Shown here: piece by piece, positions 1-12,900 of the stretch
How positions within the stretch are numbered: the first letter of the stretch is position 1
Layout: each line of letters begins with the position of its first letter
Origin: Gonapodya sp. JEL0774
Taxonomy: Eukaryota
Assembly (NCBI GenBank): GCA_027604505.1
Contig: JADIIX010000067.1
Coordinates: 1-64,000 of the forward strand
Length of the DNA: 64,000 bases
Direction: 5' to 3'
Position numbers and translations under genes: made by a program
Notes under the pieces: model-generated
Database searches by the model: none
Told to the model about the DNA's origin: nothing
What the model saw: only the letters and a program-made list of their open reading frames with translations

Positions 1-1047
1 CACCAGCAGCAGCAAGTTGCATTTCTTTCACAGAACCCCACTCAGAGCTTTGGTGGACTTCAGTTCTTGAATGCCCCACAGTTAGGGGACGTGATCATGA
101 CACAGCAGCAGCAGCAGCTACAACAACAATCACAGATGTTTTTGGTGACGGAGTCAGTGAAGCAACCAATGGCACCACCGCCCCCCGTCAACGCGTCTTT
201 AACCTTGCGTTCAATACGTGCCGCCCGCAGCCAGCAATTGCAGCCGCAACCTATTTCAGTGCAACAGGATCAAATAGCCCAGTCACTCAAACTTGCCGCG
301 CAGCAATCGGTGTCCTTGATGACACAGAATGGAACCATACTGTCAAGCGGTCACGGTCAGTCTGTGAGGCTTGTCCCAGGGTCGACAACCATACCCACAG
401 GGCACGGAAGCATTTTTCTTCAGCCGTCTGGGCAGATAGACTTGAATCAAGGAAATCTGGTTGTGGTGGCTACACCATCAGGTCAAAAGTTTGAGGTGGT
501 GGACCACTCTCTTGATACAGGGAGCTTCAAGCGAAGACGAACCGATCACATCGATTTGAGCATCGCGCCCTCTGCTTCAAACCCGACCATACTTCCGGAT
601 GTGGGACCGCGAAAAGCTTCGTTGACTGTTGGGAAGATAGCCTCACCCACGACTGCAAATGATGCTTCTCAAAACAGCATGGTCTATACCTACATTCAGC
701 AACCGCCGAATCCTCAACCCACATCGGTCATTCATTTTACACCGCAATATCAGAATCAAGGAGTGGGACAGCTCATATCAGCGGGTCAGACAACGGACAT
801 GTTTAATCAGATGCTTGACCCACCGACGTTTCCAGGCTCTCCAGGCGGCCCATTTCTTGCTGCCGCTGCTGCAAGTTCCTCATCGTCACCCTTTTTATTC
901 TCAGGATTGAACGCGCAGCCGCAGAATGGTCAAACCCAATTTTTGACGTATACTCCTGGTGTTCACACACCTACTGGGCAGTCGATCGAACAATACTTAG
1001 TGCCTGGCACTCCAGGAGAGTTTGAAAAGCTTTTCAGGTCCAATTGA
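1..1047 (+). CDS. 3' part of a Gln/Pro/Ser-rich low-complexity protein, possibly a transcription regulator (5' end outside the window)
   Basis: Frame is open from base 1 to TGA at 1045-1047. It has poly-Q tracts and a basic NLS-like FKRRRT, but no recognisable folded domain. Confidence 0.6.
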   Translation, partial: HQQQQVAFLSQNPTQSFGGLQFLNAPQLGDVIMTQQQQQLQQQSQMFLVTESVKQPMAPPPPVNASLTLRSIRAARSQQLQPQPISVQQDQIAQSLKLAAQQSVSLMTQNGTILSSGHGQSVRLVPGSTTIPTGHGSIFLQPSGQIDLNQGNLVVVATPSGQKFEVVDHSLDTGSFKRRRTDHIDLSIAPSASNPTILPDVGPRKASLTVGKIASPTTANDASQNSMVYTYIQQPPNPQPTSVIHFTPQYQNQGVGQLISAGQTTDMFNQMLDPPTFPGSPGGPFLAAAAASSSSSPFLFSGLNAQPQNGQTQFLTYTPGVHTPTGQSIEQYLVPGTPGEFEKLFRSN

Positions 1048-1278
1048 ATTGTGAGAACCTGGAAGTCATGATGTTGGCTTCTCCATTCCCTATCACATAT
1101 TGCTGTATAACTAGTAACATCACGCTGTTTTGATTAATTGAAGTTTGCTGGTCCGTCATTTCGCGTCCGCTGTTCTCCCATCGAATTTGGCGCTTGAAGG
1201 TCTGTGCTGATTACAGAAGGCCACAGATCACAGCTTGATGATTCTCCTCACTCAACCTCATCTTCTGCGGGGCATCTG

Positions 1279-2544
1279 ATGGGGCGTCTCAAAGATAAAG
1301 TCGCGATCATCACGGGTGGAGGGAAGGGCATTGGGAGAGGAATCGCCCTGGAGTTTGCAAAACAAGGTGAGTACCATTGCAAATTGGTTCTTTTCAGCAT
1401 GTTGCAAGCAGATCCGAGTTTCACAAATGCGATTTCTCAAATTTCATGACTCTATGAAACATTTATTTAGGCGCGAAGGTCATGCTGCTGTCGCGGACTG
1501 AGAAAGACCTGGTATCGGTTGTTAGTGAAATGTTCGTGGCGATGCAGTCCCGACCCGCAACTGCTCCTGAGATACACGTGACAACATCAAAATGAAGTGC
1601 TTTGAATGGCGACATTGCAGACTATGTTGTTGCCGATTGTTCGTGAGTCCCACTGAGTGCCCCGGCCTTTCCCATTTTCACATGTGCCACAAACGATAGA
1701 AAGGAGGGCGACATAGATGCTGGGACTCAGAAAGCCCTGGATTTGTGGGGCACTGTTGATGTCCTCGTTGCAAATCATGGTGAGTGAGGAAACCTAACCC
1801 CAAAGTGGACCCGCACTAACGAAACACGCAGGTATTTATCCTTCCAGTCGACTTGAGGATACCTCGGTCGAATTTTTCGATCAAGTATTCGCCATCAATG
1901 TTCGGGGTGTCTTTCTCGCAGTCCAAAGGTAATTGAACCTTGTTGTTTGCCGCAATATGTGAGTTCTCAATTCATACTCACTGCACGGCCCCGCAAACAT
2001 TCTCTAATTTCCTTCAAGTGTCTTGCCCACCATGACCAAGAACAAAACAGGGAGATTGATCCTGATGTCATCGACCGACGGTTTCATGGGTCCGTAAACT
2101 CATCTTCCTCATCGTATGTATCACGTCCGCATTAGCATCTCAATAGTGCTTCCCCTTTCAACAGCGACTCCAGGCTCCGATATCTACGTAACTTCGAAAC
2201 ACGCGGTTGAAGGGCGGTCAAAATCCTTTGCTGCTGAACTTACTCGTTACAAAGACATAACCTGCAACGTCGTGCAACCAGGTTGGATCCACACACCCGG
2301 CATCGAGGCGGCCACTGGCACACCAGAAGAGCTCGACGCGGTGCTCAAGACGGTCCCGGTGGGCTTTCCAGGAGAGCCGAAAGACGTGGCAAACGCATGT
2401 GTATTTCTGGCAAGCGAGGAGTCGAGGTACATGACGGGCAAAAGCATATGCCTCGACGGCGGACTGTCATCTTCGAGTGAGCTGTGGACACTTACGCATC
2501 AAGCATCACCAATGCCAAAACCGTCGCTTTTCGTTTTTTTTTAA
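1279..2544 (+). CDS. Short-chain dehydrogenase/reductase (classical SDR, FabG-like), multi-exon
   Basis: Spliced translation gives [21 protein letters not shown] (TGxxxGIG), VDVLVANHG, catalytic YVTSK (YxxxK), CNVVQPGWI and [12 protein letters not shown]. First donor GT is at 1367. Confidence 0.92.
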
Positions 2545-2811
2545 CGATGATCAAGTTCGCGCAGACACGCATTGGAAAGATGTGACACGACCTGGTCAAC
2601 CCATCACCACTATCAACAGATGACGTGTTCCTTCCTCTGAAGCACGAGACATGCTATTGGACATCTAAGAGAGTAGGGCTCATGAGATGCGTTCTGCCTT
2701 CAGTGTCGTACGGACTTCTGGAAATTCATCTGATGCGCTGCTTTGTGGTTTCTCGGTCTCTTGGGGCGATATGAAAATTCAGCCATATGTACAAAATGAG
2801 CATGTTTTGAA

Positions 2812-4509
2812 TTATTTGGCTGCTGCTGCGACAAGCAGCGATACCGGTGCATCTCCCAAGTTCTTGTATGTCGCGGCGGTACCCACGGTCCCATTCGCAT
2901 TACCGCACACCTTGCCATCAAAATCGCACCCTACTTTATCCGACAAGACCGTTTTGAAGATTTCGAATGGGCAATCCGTGATGGTACATCCCGGTACCAC
3001 GATAGGTACCTCGTTGTGCAGGACGCGGACCACATAGTCTGCTGGACCCATTCCGCAGTTCTGAAGCTCAAAGATTACATTTGCGGCAAATGGAGAGGCG
3101 GCAGAGTATCGGAGCTTGCGATTCGCGATTTGTGCAGCGGTGAAGTTGGGATTGAGAACCTCACGGTCGAACAGACCGAGTGCGACAAGGAGCGGTGCCA
3201 CGGTTTCTTCGTGTGCGAAGCGGAAGACCGCGGTTGGTGCGGTGGAATTGCATCCGTATGTCGATGCGTTGATCATGCTCTCCATGTTCTGCACGAAGGT
3301 GGTGATGAGGCTGCAGGTGAGAACGTTGTTGATTTCGAGAGCGTACATTTCGTTGACATCATTGCCAAGGTCTTGCTGAAAGTCGTACGCAGCCAGCTCA
3401 TCGTCCGTGAAGAGCGAACAGATACCGTCTGTTTTACCCTGAAGCGTGTTTTCAAATGAGCACAAACTGAACAGGGCGGTAACGTCGGTAACGGTGATGT
3501 TTGCACCGATAAGAGACCCAATGCGCTGTGCGATTGGCGGAAACGTTGCCGCAGCGTACACTTGATCCTGCAAGTTGTTCGCCTTTGCGATGTTGCTGGC
3601 ATTCGCGTAGGCCGCGCAAGCATCGAAAGGTCGAAGCTCGGCGTCCAGAGTCTGTGGGGCGATGGCGTCGCGCATGTGGGATTTGGCGATAGCGGCGTCA
3701 CCTGGACGGTCAGAGTACAACGAGTCGGCAAAACTGTCACCGCTGGAGATGACGCGAGAGGAATTGGTGGATTTCCAGCTCGTGAGGTTTACAGAGGCAA
3801 AAAGATTGACAGGGTAGTTGGTTTTGATGCGGTTGGCGAGGCCAGCGTGGTCGTTTGCTCCCTTAGCAGCATCGCAACTGAGGATGTAACTGAAGAGAAG
3901 CCGAGGAATTTATGAACTTACCTGAAGAGTGAGCAAGCCTTGGTTGGTGCTGCTGCTAGGGATTGAAATGTTGGCGAGCCACCCGAAGTTGGGGTTTGTG
4001 GGAGGACTGGCGGCAAGCTTTTGCTGGAGAGCGATGTGGGTTTTGACGTCTCCTGAAGAATGCAGAGATTATTATGTTTCTGACCCAAAGAATTTCTCAG
4101 CGTTCATATGTACCGTTGGTTGGATTTCGACTGCCGTGCCTGGCAAGCATTTGTACCTGCACAACGGGGCACTGTGGTGAAAAATGCTGTTTTGGAACAG
4201 GGTAGCGTGACTTCGCGCTGGCCACGATTGTTCGGTTCGGGTTTGTAGAGACAATCGGCAGGTGAACATCCAGAGTAGCCTGAATAGGGGAAATAGCTGC
4301 AACGCCAATAGGAGACGAAAAGGGTGACAGGCAGTGCAAGTTGCGCTCGCGTGGCTGATTTCGGCATAGAACGTGAATCATAGCGAGACGCCATTTGAAG
4401 AAGAGTGCAAAGGAACACGCACTGCAACTGGTGCACCGCCCGCGAGAGACGGGTAGAGAATCAAGGCGGAAACGATTGTAACGGAGAGCAAAAAAGAGAA
4501 AGCCTTCAT
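2812..4509 (-). CDS. Secreted histidine acid phosphatase/phytase, MINPP1-like
   Basis: Signal-peptide-like start MKAFSFLLSVTIVSALIL, catalytic RHGSRNP (RHGxRxP) and FAHEETVAPLL proton-donor region. The C-terminal VRVLHNE..PGC...CPF is typical of clade-2 HAPs. Confidence 0.88.
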
Positions 4510-6563
4510 GTCGCTCGTGGGAGACGGTGGAAATATTATGTGAAACAGATTTTCATTTGGCTTCAGGTTCAAGATCGGTGCCGTGATCTCCGAGGATCCT
4601 CAATCTTGCGGGGAACCGGACTACTAACACAAATTCATGCTCTTCAACGATTACTTTATCGGGTCATGTCAGTCATGACAAAATTTCGAGTTTGCATAGT
4701 CCGCTGACGCCGGCAAACATATTTTTTTGGGTGAGAACGTGAACGATCCCTTTATGTAACATATCACATAATGTCTGCTCTGAGCTCTCAAAGATAGAAT
4801 AGCAGCTAGAAAGACAGTGTGTCTGTGCCTTCGGACAGTCGGGGAGACTGGCGCTCAACTTGAAATTGAGTCATCTAAGGCTACAGGGACCATTTCACGT
4901 GGATGATGACTGGGTGGAATAAATTTCTTGAAGTATCATTGTCACAGCAGATCAAGCAGCACAGCAAACAGGCAACTACGGTCAACATATCTTATCTTGA
5001 GACTCGGGTGAGTCGCTCACGCCGCCCTGATGCTGGTTGTACATACTGCAGGATTCTTGCCCCGATCTGGCTGTCAAGAGGGCCCGAGACACGGACCGGA
5101 GATTCAAGGACATTAAAGTCATACAATTGACGGCGGGAGAGTGTTGGTAAGCTCTCACCGACGACTTTTCCGGGATTCCACGGTTGAGAGGTGTTTGCTT
5201 CAATCGCACACAGTTTCACGCGACTGCAGCTCAAAATGGACAAATCCCAAGCTCTAGCAGCTGACCCTGAGCCCACCAGCCGCCATGCATTTTTTGATGT
5301 AACAACAGGAAAACAAAAACACCATCTACAGAGAGACAAGCGAACACAAGCCGAGAAGACCCCACAGGCACAGTTGCGAAGTCCATACAAAAAAAAAACC
5401 CGAGGCATCGCTCCGACTGAGACGACGTTGGCGAGAATGTGAGGAAGGGTCCGGGGGAGCCAGCCCCCACTCCGAGGTGCACGGGCCCGTCCAAAGCGAC
5501 ACCCCTTCATGCCGTCGCTCCAATACAAACCGCACGACGCCTGCAAATCATTCGCATCCCAAACTTCAAATTTCGACTAGCCCGGCTTGACTTCGCGATT
5601 TTCACTTCAATACATACAATACTTCTCAATGGCGTGATTTTTCTCAGCGCCGTGAATGAAATTGGGCTTGGATTGGTTGCAGCGACTGAGGGAACGTCGT
5701 TCGAGCTCAATGGATTCCGACACTCTGGGGCGCTCGGAATCGATGCAGTAGACGGCATTAGGACGTTTCGGCCATGATGGACATTGAGAGGGACAAATTT
5801 TTGTCAGCAATGCAAATGGGTCACGATCAACCTGTGCGCGAGTTTATTTGAGGGAGCAACCCCGCCTACAGCGGACCTTCTGGAAGTCAATGAAAGCCTT
5901 GTATACCTGGAGCTTTCATCTATCTTTGAATGAACGCGGACCCTTCCTGGCCATGCTCTGCGACTTCCTTCGTCTTTGAATCTGAGACTCGCTCGAGTGC
6001 CGAGAATATCCTGTTTTTGTCTACAGTTGTCGATGAATAATCAAGGGTCCAACGAGATGACAAAGGAGCACGTGCGGATGGTAGTAGTGTGAGGTAGGCC
6101 GTATGAGTGACTCGCCTAGGTGTTGGCCGCGATGTATTGCACCACTGACGTCTACCAACGCGATAGAAATCCAGACATAGTAGCCGTCAAGATTAGGTTC
6201 TTTGGTGAATGATGGCTATTGATAGAATGTTTCTGCCTTCTCAGCAGCGTGACATGCACATCTAGCAGTCGGAACCTCTTTACATAATTGAGCTCATGAG
6301 GTTCAAATAAACTGCAGTTCAGGTTTTTCAGAAGCAGTCGGTTGCTAGCTTGCATGGAAAGAGTCATTCCCACTATCTCCCTTTTGGCTTTGTGAGCCGG
6401 ACAGGCTCTCGGCGTCCCCTCCCATTCTCTTCCACTCTTCAGGCAGCTTGGCCACTCAAGGAATACATCTGGATATACATCAAATCATGTCAGACAGCTG
6501 TTCAGAGTGAAGTACATCAGTCGCCTCGTCGCTGCCGATTTCAGCCTTGGCTGCGGTGAGGCG

Positions 6564-7424
6564 TCAATGCACTCGCAGGAACTCCAAAACGTCCACATGT
6601 CCAAAGATTTCTGCGTCCTCGAGCGCTTGCTCCTTGAGCGGTGTGTTTGGTTCAGAATCGGCACCATTCTCCAGCAAAAACTTCACCATCTCAAGGCAGC
6701 CCGCCCATACCGCGGTCCAAAGCGCCTGGTTCAGGTCCAAAGGCACGTCTGCTCCGTGAGCAACAAGCACTTTTGCAACGTACACCTGCGAATTTTCGGC
6801 AGCCACGACCAACGCACGGTCAATGAGACCATTCCGCCCCGCACCATGATTCAACAGCAGTTGCACGAGCTCCACGTTGCCGTTCTCCACGCACATGGTG
6901 AGGGCCCGGCCATGTGGATCGATAACGTCCGCACCCTTGTCCAGCAGCAGCCTCGCAATCTCGAGTCTCCCTCTTCCCCCTTCGCATGCATAGAATAGGG
7001 GAAATCCCTGGAGGCGCGACGCATCGCCCTGAGGCTTTGCACCCAGTTCAAGCAGAGCACATACGCTCTCTAAGTTACCGACAAACGCAGCTGCTTCAAG
7101 AGGGGTCAAGCTGACATCTAGCATCACAAAGTATGCGAAGCATAAATCCACGTTCACACTTGGATCGTACCGCCGAAGTCGCTCGTGGATGGCCTGGATG
7201 ACCAGGTGCTGCCCAGGTTCACTCCTGTACGACTCGTATACGAGCGATTCTTTCAGAGACGCGTAGTAGGTGATGGCTCGCGTAGCGATACTATCGGGGG
7301 TTTGAAAAATGGCAAACATTGTTTTGTTCAGGGCATCCGATGGCAATCCAAGTCGGAATGGGAGATAATTTCCGATAAGGAGGATTACTTCTGTCGGCAG
7401 GTCGGAGAGATTCGTGAATGGCAT
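6564..7424 (-). CDS. N-terminal F-box-like motif plus C-terminal ankyrin-repeat protein, single exon
   Basis: MPFTNLSDLPTEVILLIGNYL matches the F-box LxxLPxEv pattern. About 5-6 ankyrin repeats follow (TPLEAAAFVGNLESVCALLELGA, GRLEIARLLLDKGAD, GNVELVQLLLNHGA, GCLEMVKFLLENGAD). Confidence 0.85.
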   Translation of the reverse strand: MPFTNLSDLPTEVILLIGNYLPFRLGLPSDALNKTMFAIFQTPDSIATRAITYYASLKESLVYESYRSEPGQHLVIQAIHERLRRYDPSVNVDLCFAYFVMLDVSLTPLEAAAFVGNLESVCALLELGAKPQGDASRLQGFPLFYACEGGRGRLEIARLLLDKGADVIDPHGRALTMCVENGNVELVQLLLNHGAGRNGLIDRALVVAAENSQVYVAKVLVAHGADVPLDLNQALWTAVWAGCLEMVKFLLENGADSEPNTPLKEQALEDAEIFGHVDVLEFLRVH

Positions 7425-7649
7425 GTCTAAGGGTATTTGCTCGATTGAGCTGAAATGACAGCGGAAACGCTTCGAATGCGCGGGCGGCAAGGCAGCGGTA
7501 CGATATAGTTGGGTTGAGGTGTACCGGGAATGACGGCGTGAGGGCGCAAGAGAGAATTAATTGGGCAAGGGTCTGAGTGTAGTTTGCGGCGTATGTGCTG
7601 CTTGACTGCCGGGTTGTTCAAGTTTATGTACAGTGCTCCCCATATGAAA

Positions 7650-9230
7650 ATGCCGACGTATCTCACGGAATCCCAGCTCGAACAAGTAACGTAGACCACG
7701 TACGCGCTTTGCCGTGACAGCCACCAACTCTCGCTTGTGCCGTTTCTGTAGTTCGATCGCGATGGTGATTACAGAAATGACTTCCCGAGCGTTAGATGAC
7801 TGGGTCGCTCACTCTCGACCTTACGCGCTCTGGTTATGTTTTGTTTCAACTGGCAAATTCAGGCTTTCTTGTGATCTCTGGTTTCCTTTCGGAGAAGGAG
7901 TGTGACGAGCTCCGACATGAGGCGGACCGATTGATCGACGAGGAGCTGGATTTGAAAGAGCATCCAGGGACACGATTCACGACAGTGGATCAGGTACGTG
8001 GGATCAATGGTCGGGATGGATGTCTTATCCCAGCACGGTTGATGACCAAGATGAGTCACTCCTTTGGTTCGTCGTAATTGCAAACTAGGATGCTCCAGAC
8101 TCCCAAACATCGGACGTCTACTTTATGACTTCTGGCGACAAAGTTCGCTTCTTTCTCGAACCCCTCGCCGTCGACCCTGTCGGCAAGAAGCTCCTTGTTC
8201 CCTCTAAGCGACAGGCAGTGAACAAAATCGGACACGCACTGCACACACTCAACCCAGCCTATCGCCGAGTATCCACACGACCAGAGATTAAGAGCATCGC
8301 ACGGGACTTGGGATTCCAAGACCCGGTGTTAGTTCAGTCCATGGCCATTCTGAAACCACCAGCAGTTGGCGGTGAAGTATCGTCACACCAAGATGCAAGT
8401 TTTCTGAGCACAAAGCCAGTCGAAACGTGTGTGGGATTTTGGTGGCCGATGGAGAGGGCCGAGAAGGGCAATGGGTGTTTGTGGGTGCTGCCAGGTTCAC
8501 ACAAAGGTGAGAACGCAGTGGGGAGGGAGCAAGGGCGCTGAGGGGAGGTCGGGTTTCTCTATGTCTCTTTGGTATCAGTGCCTTTCCATTTGGTGATTAA
8601 ACTTCATATTTGACCATCTTTCGAATGTCTTAGTGTTCCCCATAACCCGGCACCTCTCGCGCACCAAGCCAGGCGCTCTTACTTCACGTATGGTGCCCAC
8701 CGGTGCCATCGAACCACCTCCACCCCGTGATGACGAATGGATACCCGTGGAGATCGACGCCGGTGAGGGAACGCTTCTCAAAGTATGTGCACCACCATTG
8801 AAGAGTACCAATGAAACTCGGAAAACTTTAAGGTACACTCGTCCTCATCCACGGAAAGCTAGTTCACAAGAGTGAGGCCAATACTTCGAAGCGTTCTCGA
8901 TATGCATACAGTGGGTCTCGTGGGCCGTGATTAGACAACCTGCACAGCGTGGACCTCTACCCCCTCCTTGTTTTAAACCTCCAATCCCTTCATCGCTTCA
9001 TTCTTCAAGCTTTCCACGTCGCAGAGGACGGCACGCGTGCAAAATGGAACGAACTGAATTGGTGGGTCAGGGCCATGGGGGGACGAAGGAAACAGTCTGA
9101 GACCGTTGTGGTGACACTCTCGTTATGCGTACATTTATACAAATCATACCCAATCCCCCACAACTTTGTCCTCAGGTTACAACCTACGTCAGAGACTCCC
9201 TTCACCCGGTTATATGAGTTCACCCAATGA
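7650..9230 (+). CDS. PHYHD1: Phytanoyl-CoA dioxygenase domain protein (PhyH family, PHYHD1-like 2OG-Fe(II) dioxygenase)
   Basis: Spliced N-terminus MPTYLTESQLEQ|FDRDG|FLVISGFLS, then NKIGHALH, QSMAILKPPAVGGEVSSHQDASFL (HxD) and LVLIHGKLVHKSEANTSKRSRYAY (distal His, Arg). The start may be the in-frame ATG at 7644. Confidence 0.9.
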
Positions 9231-9926
9231 CATAATGTGTTTGAATCTAACATACTGGCAACATCCCGCAACTTTGTGAATGAGATGTATCATTGGATAG
9301 AGTGTGATGCTTTTATTCAAAGAAACTCGAGTATTGGTGGCTTTCGAAAAAGGTCCTTTTGCGGCACAGACCAGACCTTCCCAGCCTGGTGCCCCGATAT
9401 ACCAGCTCCTCCCTTATCCAACACGCCCGCCGCTGAGAAGACCGAATCTTTGATATTATTTGGGGCGATTGTCAGGAAGACTAGGCCGAGAGTTTCGGTT
9501 CTCGCTCCGGGTTCTGATTGGCTGCAGAGGCGGAAATTGGACGGACACCACAAAGGGGTCGAAAACAACAGGGAAGGCGGGAACGCTTCAGGTGAGCTTT
9601 TTCTATGCCAAAAACTGGTTCGTACTTGGCTGATTGGAGCCATCTGCCGTATCGTCCGCTTTTGGACTTCATTTTATCTCGGGATCCATGCCTTATATCC
9701 CACACTCACGACATGCGCCACCTATGCGTTGTCGCGACGACTATTGACTCGAAATAATTGCTAATTTTTCAAACGAAAATCTTGGAATCGCTGCCGATGG
9801 GGAACTGGATTGGCTGGGTGCGTCTGGTCTTTGTGTGATAATATCGTCACAAAGAACCTTCAGGTGGATATCTAGTCTCAACGTGGAACCGGAGCTCGGG
9901 ACTGCGTGTGACAGCTGCATCAGCAC

Positions 9927-12900
9927 ATGTCCAATTCGTACTTTGGAGGAGACCAGAGCTACAGCCGTCGCGAGAGGCCATCTCTGGACATCCAAACTCA
10001 AAACCGAGCCAGAAACTCATCTCCTGCCGGAGCGCACAAGCCTAGCTACAATAATCCACCTGGAATTTCGAGATTGCTTCCGACACCCCCTCCATCATCC
10101 TCTGCCCTGCCAGGCGACACTTTCTCTACACCTTCCCTACCCTCTGGACGTGGTCGCACTCGCCAGCCCCCCACACCTTCACCAGAGTCTTCTGACGAAA
10201 TGGACGGACAATTTGAACCATACTCATCATTGCCATCAGCGTCAACTATTGCTGCCCACCGCCGGTCCCAGGTCCTCAATCTGCAGACGGGGGACGAGAT
10301 TCAACGGGTTCTTCGGGAGCAGCAGGAACACCTGTTCTACCTCCAGCAGCAACTTCATGTTCGAACACAACCGTCTGGAAACCCCAATGCGGGAGCTGCT
10401 CCCGCAGCAGGACCATCCCAGCGTTCAGAGCGGCCCGAGAGGGCGGAGCGGGCGGAGAGGGGTGAAAGAGCAGGACGGAACAGCATTGAAGCTCGTTATT
10501 CTGGTGCCTCTAATGACGGTGCTTACGAGACAGGCTCGCTCGGTGGACCGTCCCTCGCTCGCAACGGCTCTGGATCCACCTACGAACCGCGTCCCTCCCG
10601 AACCTCCAGTCCTGCTCGCAACTCATACATCTCCACGTCCTCACCCGCACGTAATGTTCCCCTTCCGCGTACCTCTTCCCCGGCACGAACATCTGTGTCA
10701 ACTGTGAAACCTCTCTCGGCCCCTGAAATCGCCACCGTTGAACGGACACCCTCCACCTCATCCTCACTGGGATCGTCCCCACCGACCAACGCGCTCAATG
10801 GAAACGCACCCAGACGTACCCCCTCTCTTCTTGCGGCTACGGCTGCAAGTGCCAGAGCAAAGGACAAATGGCTGGCGCTTGATGGTGTGAAGCCTTCGCA
10901 GATGGCATCGTCGCCGCCGGAACGGGGAGACTCTGGTTCTTGGCGACCCCGTCCACTTATGACACGCTCTACTACCGCCCCGTCTATCGGTACCATTTCT
11001 AACAACACCACTACAACGAGACAGCCTTCTCTAAACGGTGCTCCAACCTCCGTGCAAAAATCCTCGAGCACCTCACTTCCTCGGACCGGTCACACTCGAA
11101 CCCCATCTGTCTCCCTCTCTCGTGAAGCGATCCCCGTTTCTGATGCGTCAGCGAACACCTCCGCGGACTCCCGACCACCTTCTGGACGCCCCGGTGGACC
11201 CTCCAAGGTTAAGGCTCTCGTAGCAGCCTTTGCCACTCTTGACCAGCAGGCGAAAGACATTCCCATCGGATATGCACCTAAACCGTTTGATCCCGTTCCG
11301 GGCGCAAGTGGCTTCCAGGGTGACGATCACGAGGACAACGCGATCACGGGTGTCAAAGCCGCAGAAACGCCTCAGCAGCAGCCGCAGCGGGATTCTTACA
11401 ATGGCGCGAGTTCCATCCCCTTTGCCTTTATTAACAACGAACCGGAGGAGGCATCCTGGGGTGGCTCCAAACCTGCCTTCTCGGGTCCCCCTGTGCGACC
11501 AGCCCCTTCTGCTCAGATGTTACCTGTGGTGAAGCCAGCTCCCAGCGCTTCAACGCCCGTGCCCGTTCGACCAGCAGGTACGAGAGATTCAGGGGGTAGG
11601 CCGCTTTCTGTGGCGGGACGGGTTGTCGGTGGAGATTATGGTACGTGAGCTTATTCGGTATGGGAGCTCGTTTTGGGCTCAGAAGTGGTCTTTCCTGTCC
11701 AGGTGTGTCTAACGAAGAAGACCCGAAGAGGAGAGCATCACTTGAGGGGAGAGCAGTCTGTAAGAATTGGTTATGCATGAGTGCTCTCGGGCCTTTCGTG
11801 ACCCTTCCTCCAATACGCAGCTGCCTCACCGGTCCCCGTACAGAGCGTTGTTCTGTCGAGCTCTCCTTCACAAGTTTCGAACACCCGCTCCCCCCCTCAA
11901 CACCAAAAAGTCCAACAACTCACGAACCAGAGCCACGAGCGACCCAGCTCCCCGGACCGCAACCCTCCACCAAACCAATCCCCGTCTCCACCTGGCATTC
12001 AAACTTCCGCTCCTATTCCAGCTACCAGACAATCGTCGGCTTCTTCTTTTCGGTCCAGCAAAGGCTCAATGGAGGATGATTTGGAAGATATGCCACTCGA
12101 CGCACTGCGAGGAGACCGGGTGTCGACTCTGCGAACGGGGCCACGGAATCCAGCTCCGCGTCCTATGAGTGTACTGAAGCCATCTGATGGGATACGGCGG
12201 GGGCCTTCCAAGAGTGTCTCGTTCTCGAGCGAAGGGGTGAGAGTGCGTGAAGTCCCCCACCGTGAGGACGAAGCGTACCAGTATGCTTCGGACAATGAGA
12301 GCGACGAAGATGAAGAGGACTATAGTGATGACGAGTCGATGACCGGAAGTGAGGAAGAGGACGATGAAGATTTTACGGACGAAGAGGTGAGACTTTGCAA
12401 CGACGGAAATTTTCTGCTCCGCACTGACAACAGTCGTCCGATTCTGCACAATCAGGAGGAGTCGGAAGATGATTACGAGGAGGAAGAAATAGATCCGGAT
12501 GAGGACTTGGAGGAGACCGAGGAGGAAGACGAACCACCAGCTGTCGACACACAGCGCCAGAGTCAATCAGAGAAACCGCAAACCCTTTACATCCCACCGG
12601 GTCCGTTAATGCCAGTAGTGAGTCCCAACAGACCCGTTACTGCGGTAACGTACTCGACAACGAGGCTCGGTAAAGATGCGAACACTGATAACTTGGGCAG
12701 AAAATCGTCGAAGGACGATGGTCAACCCAAGAACTCTACCCGGAGCTCAATGGATGGCTCAAATGTAGTCTCCACCGCCATTCCGGAAGTCGATTTGTAC
12801 CAGCCTGGGAACAGGACCAGCATTGCTGCCGCTCCGTCTGGGTGGGGAGGTGTGGGGAACGGCATACAAGGTGCTTCAAAGTCTCGGCCGGTATCTTGGG

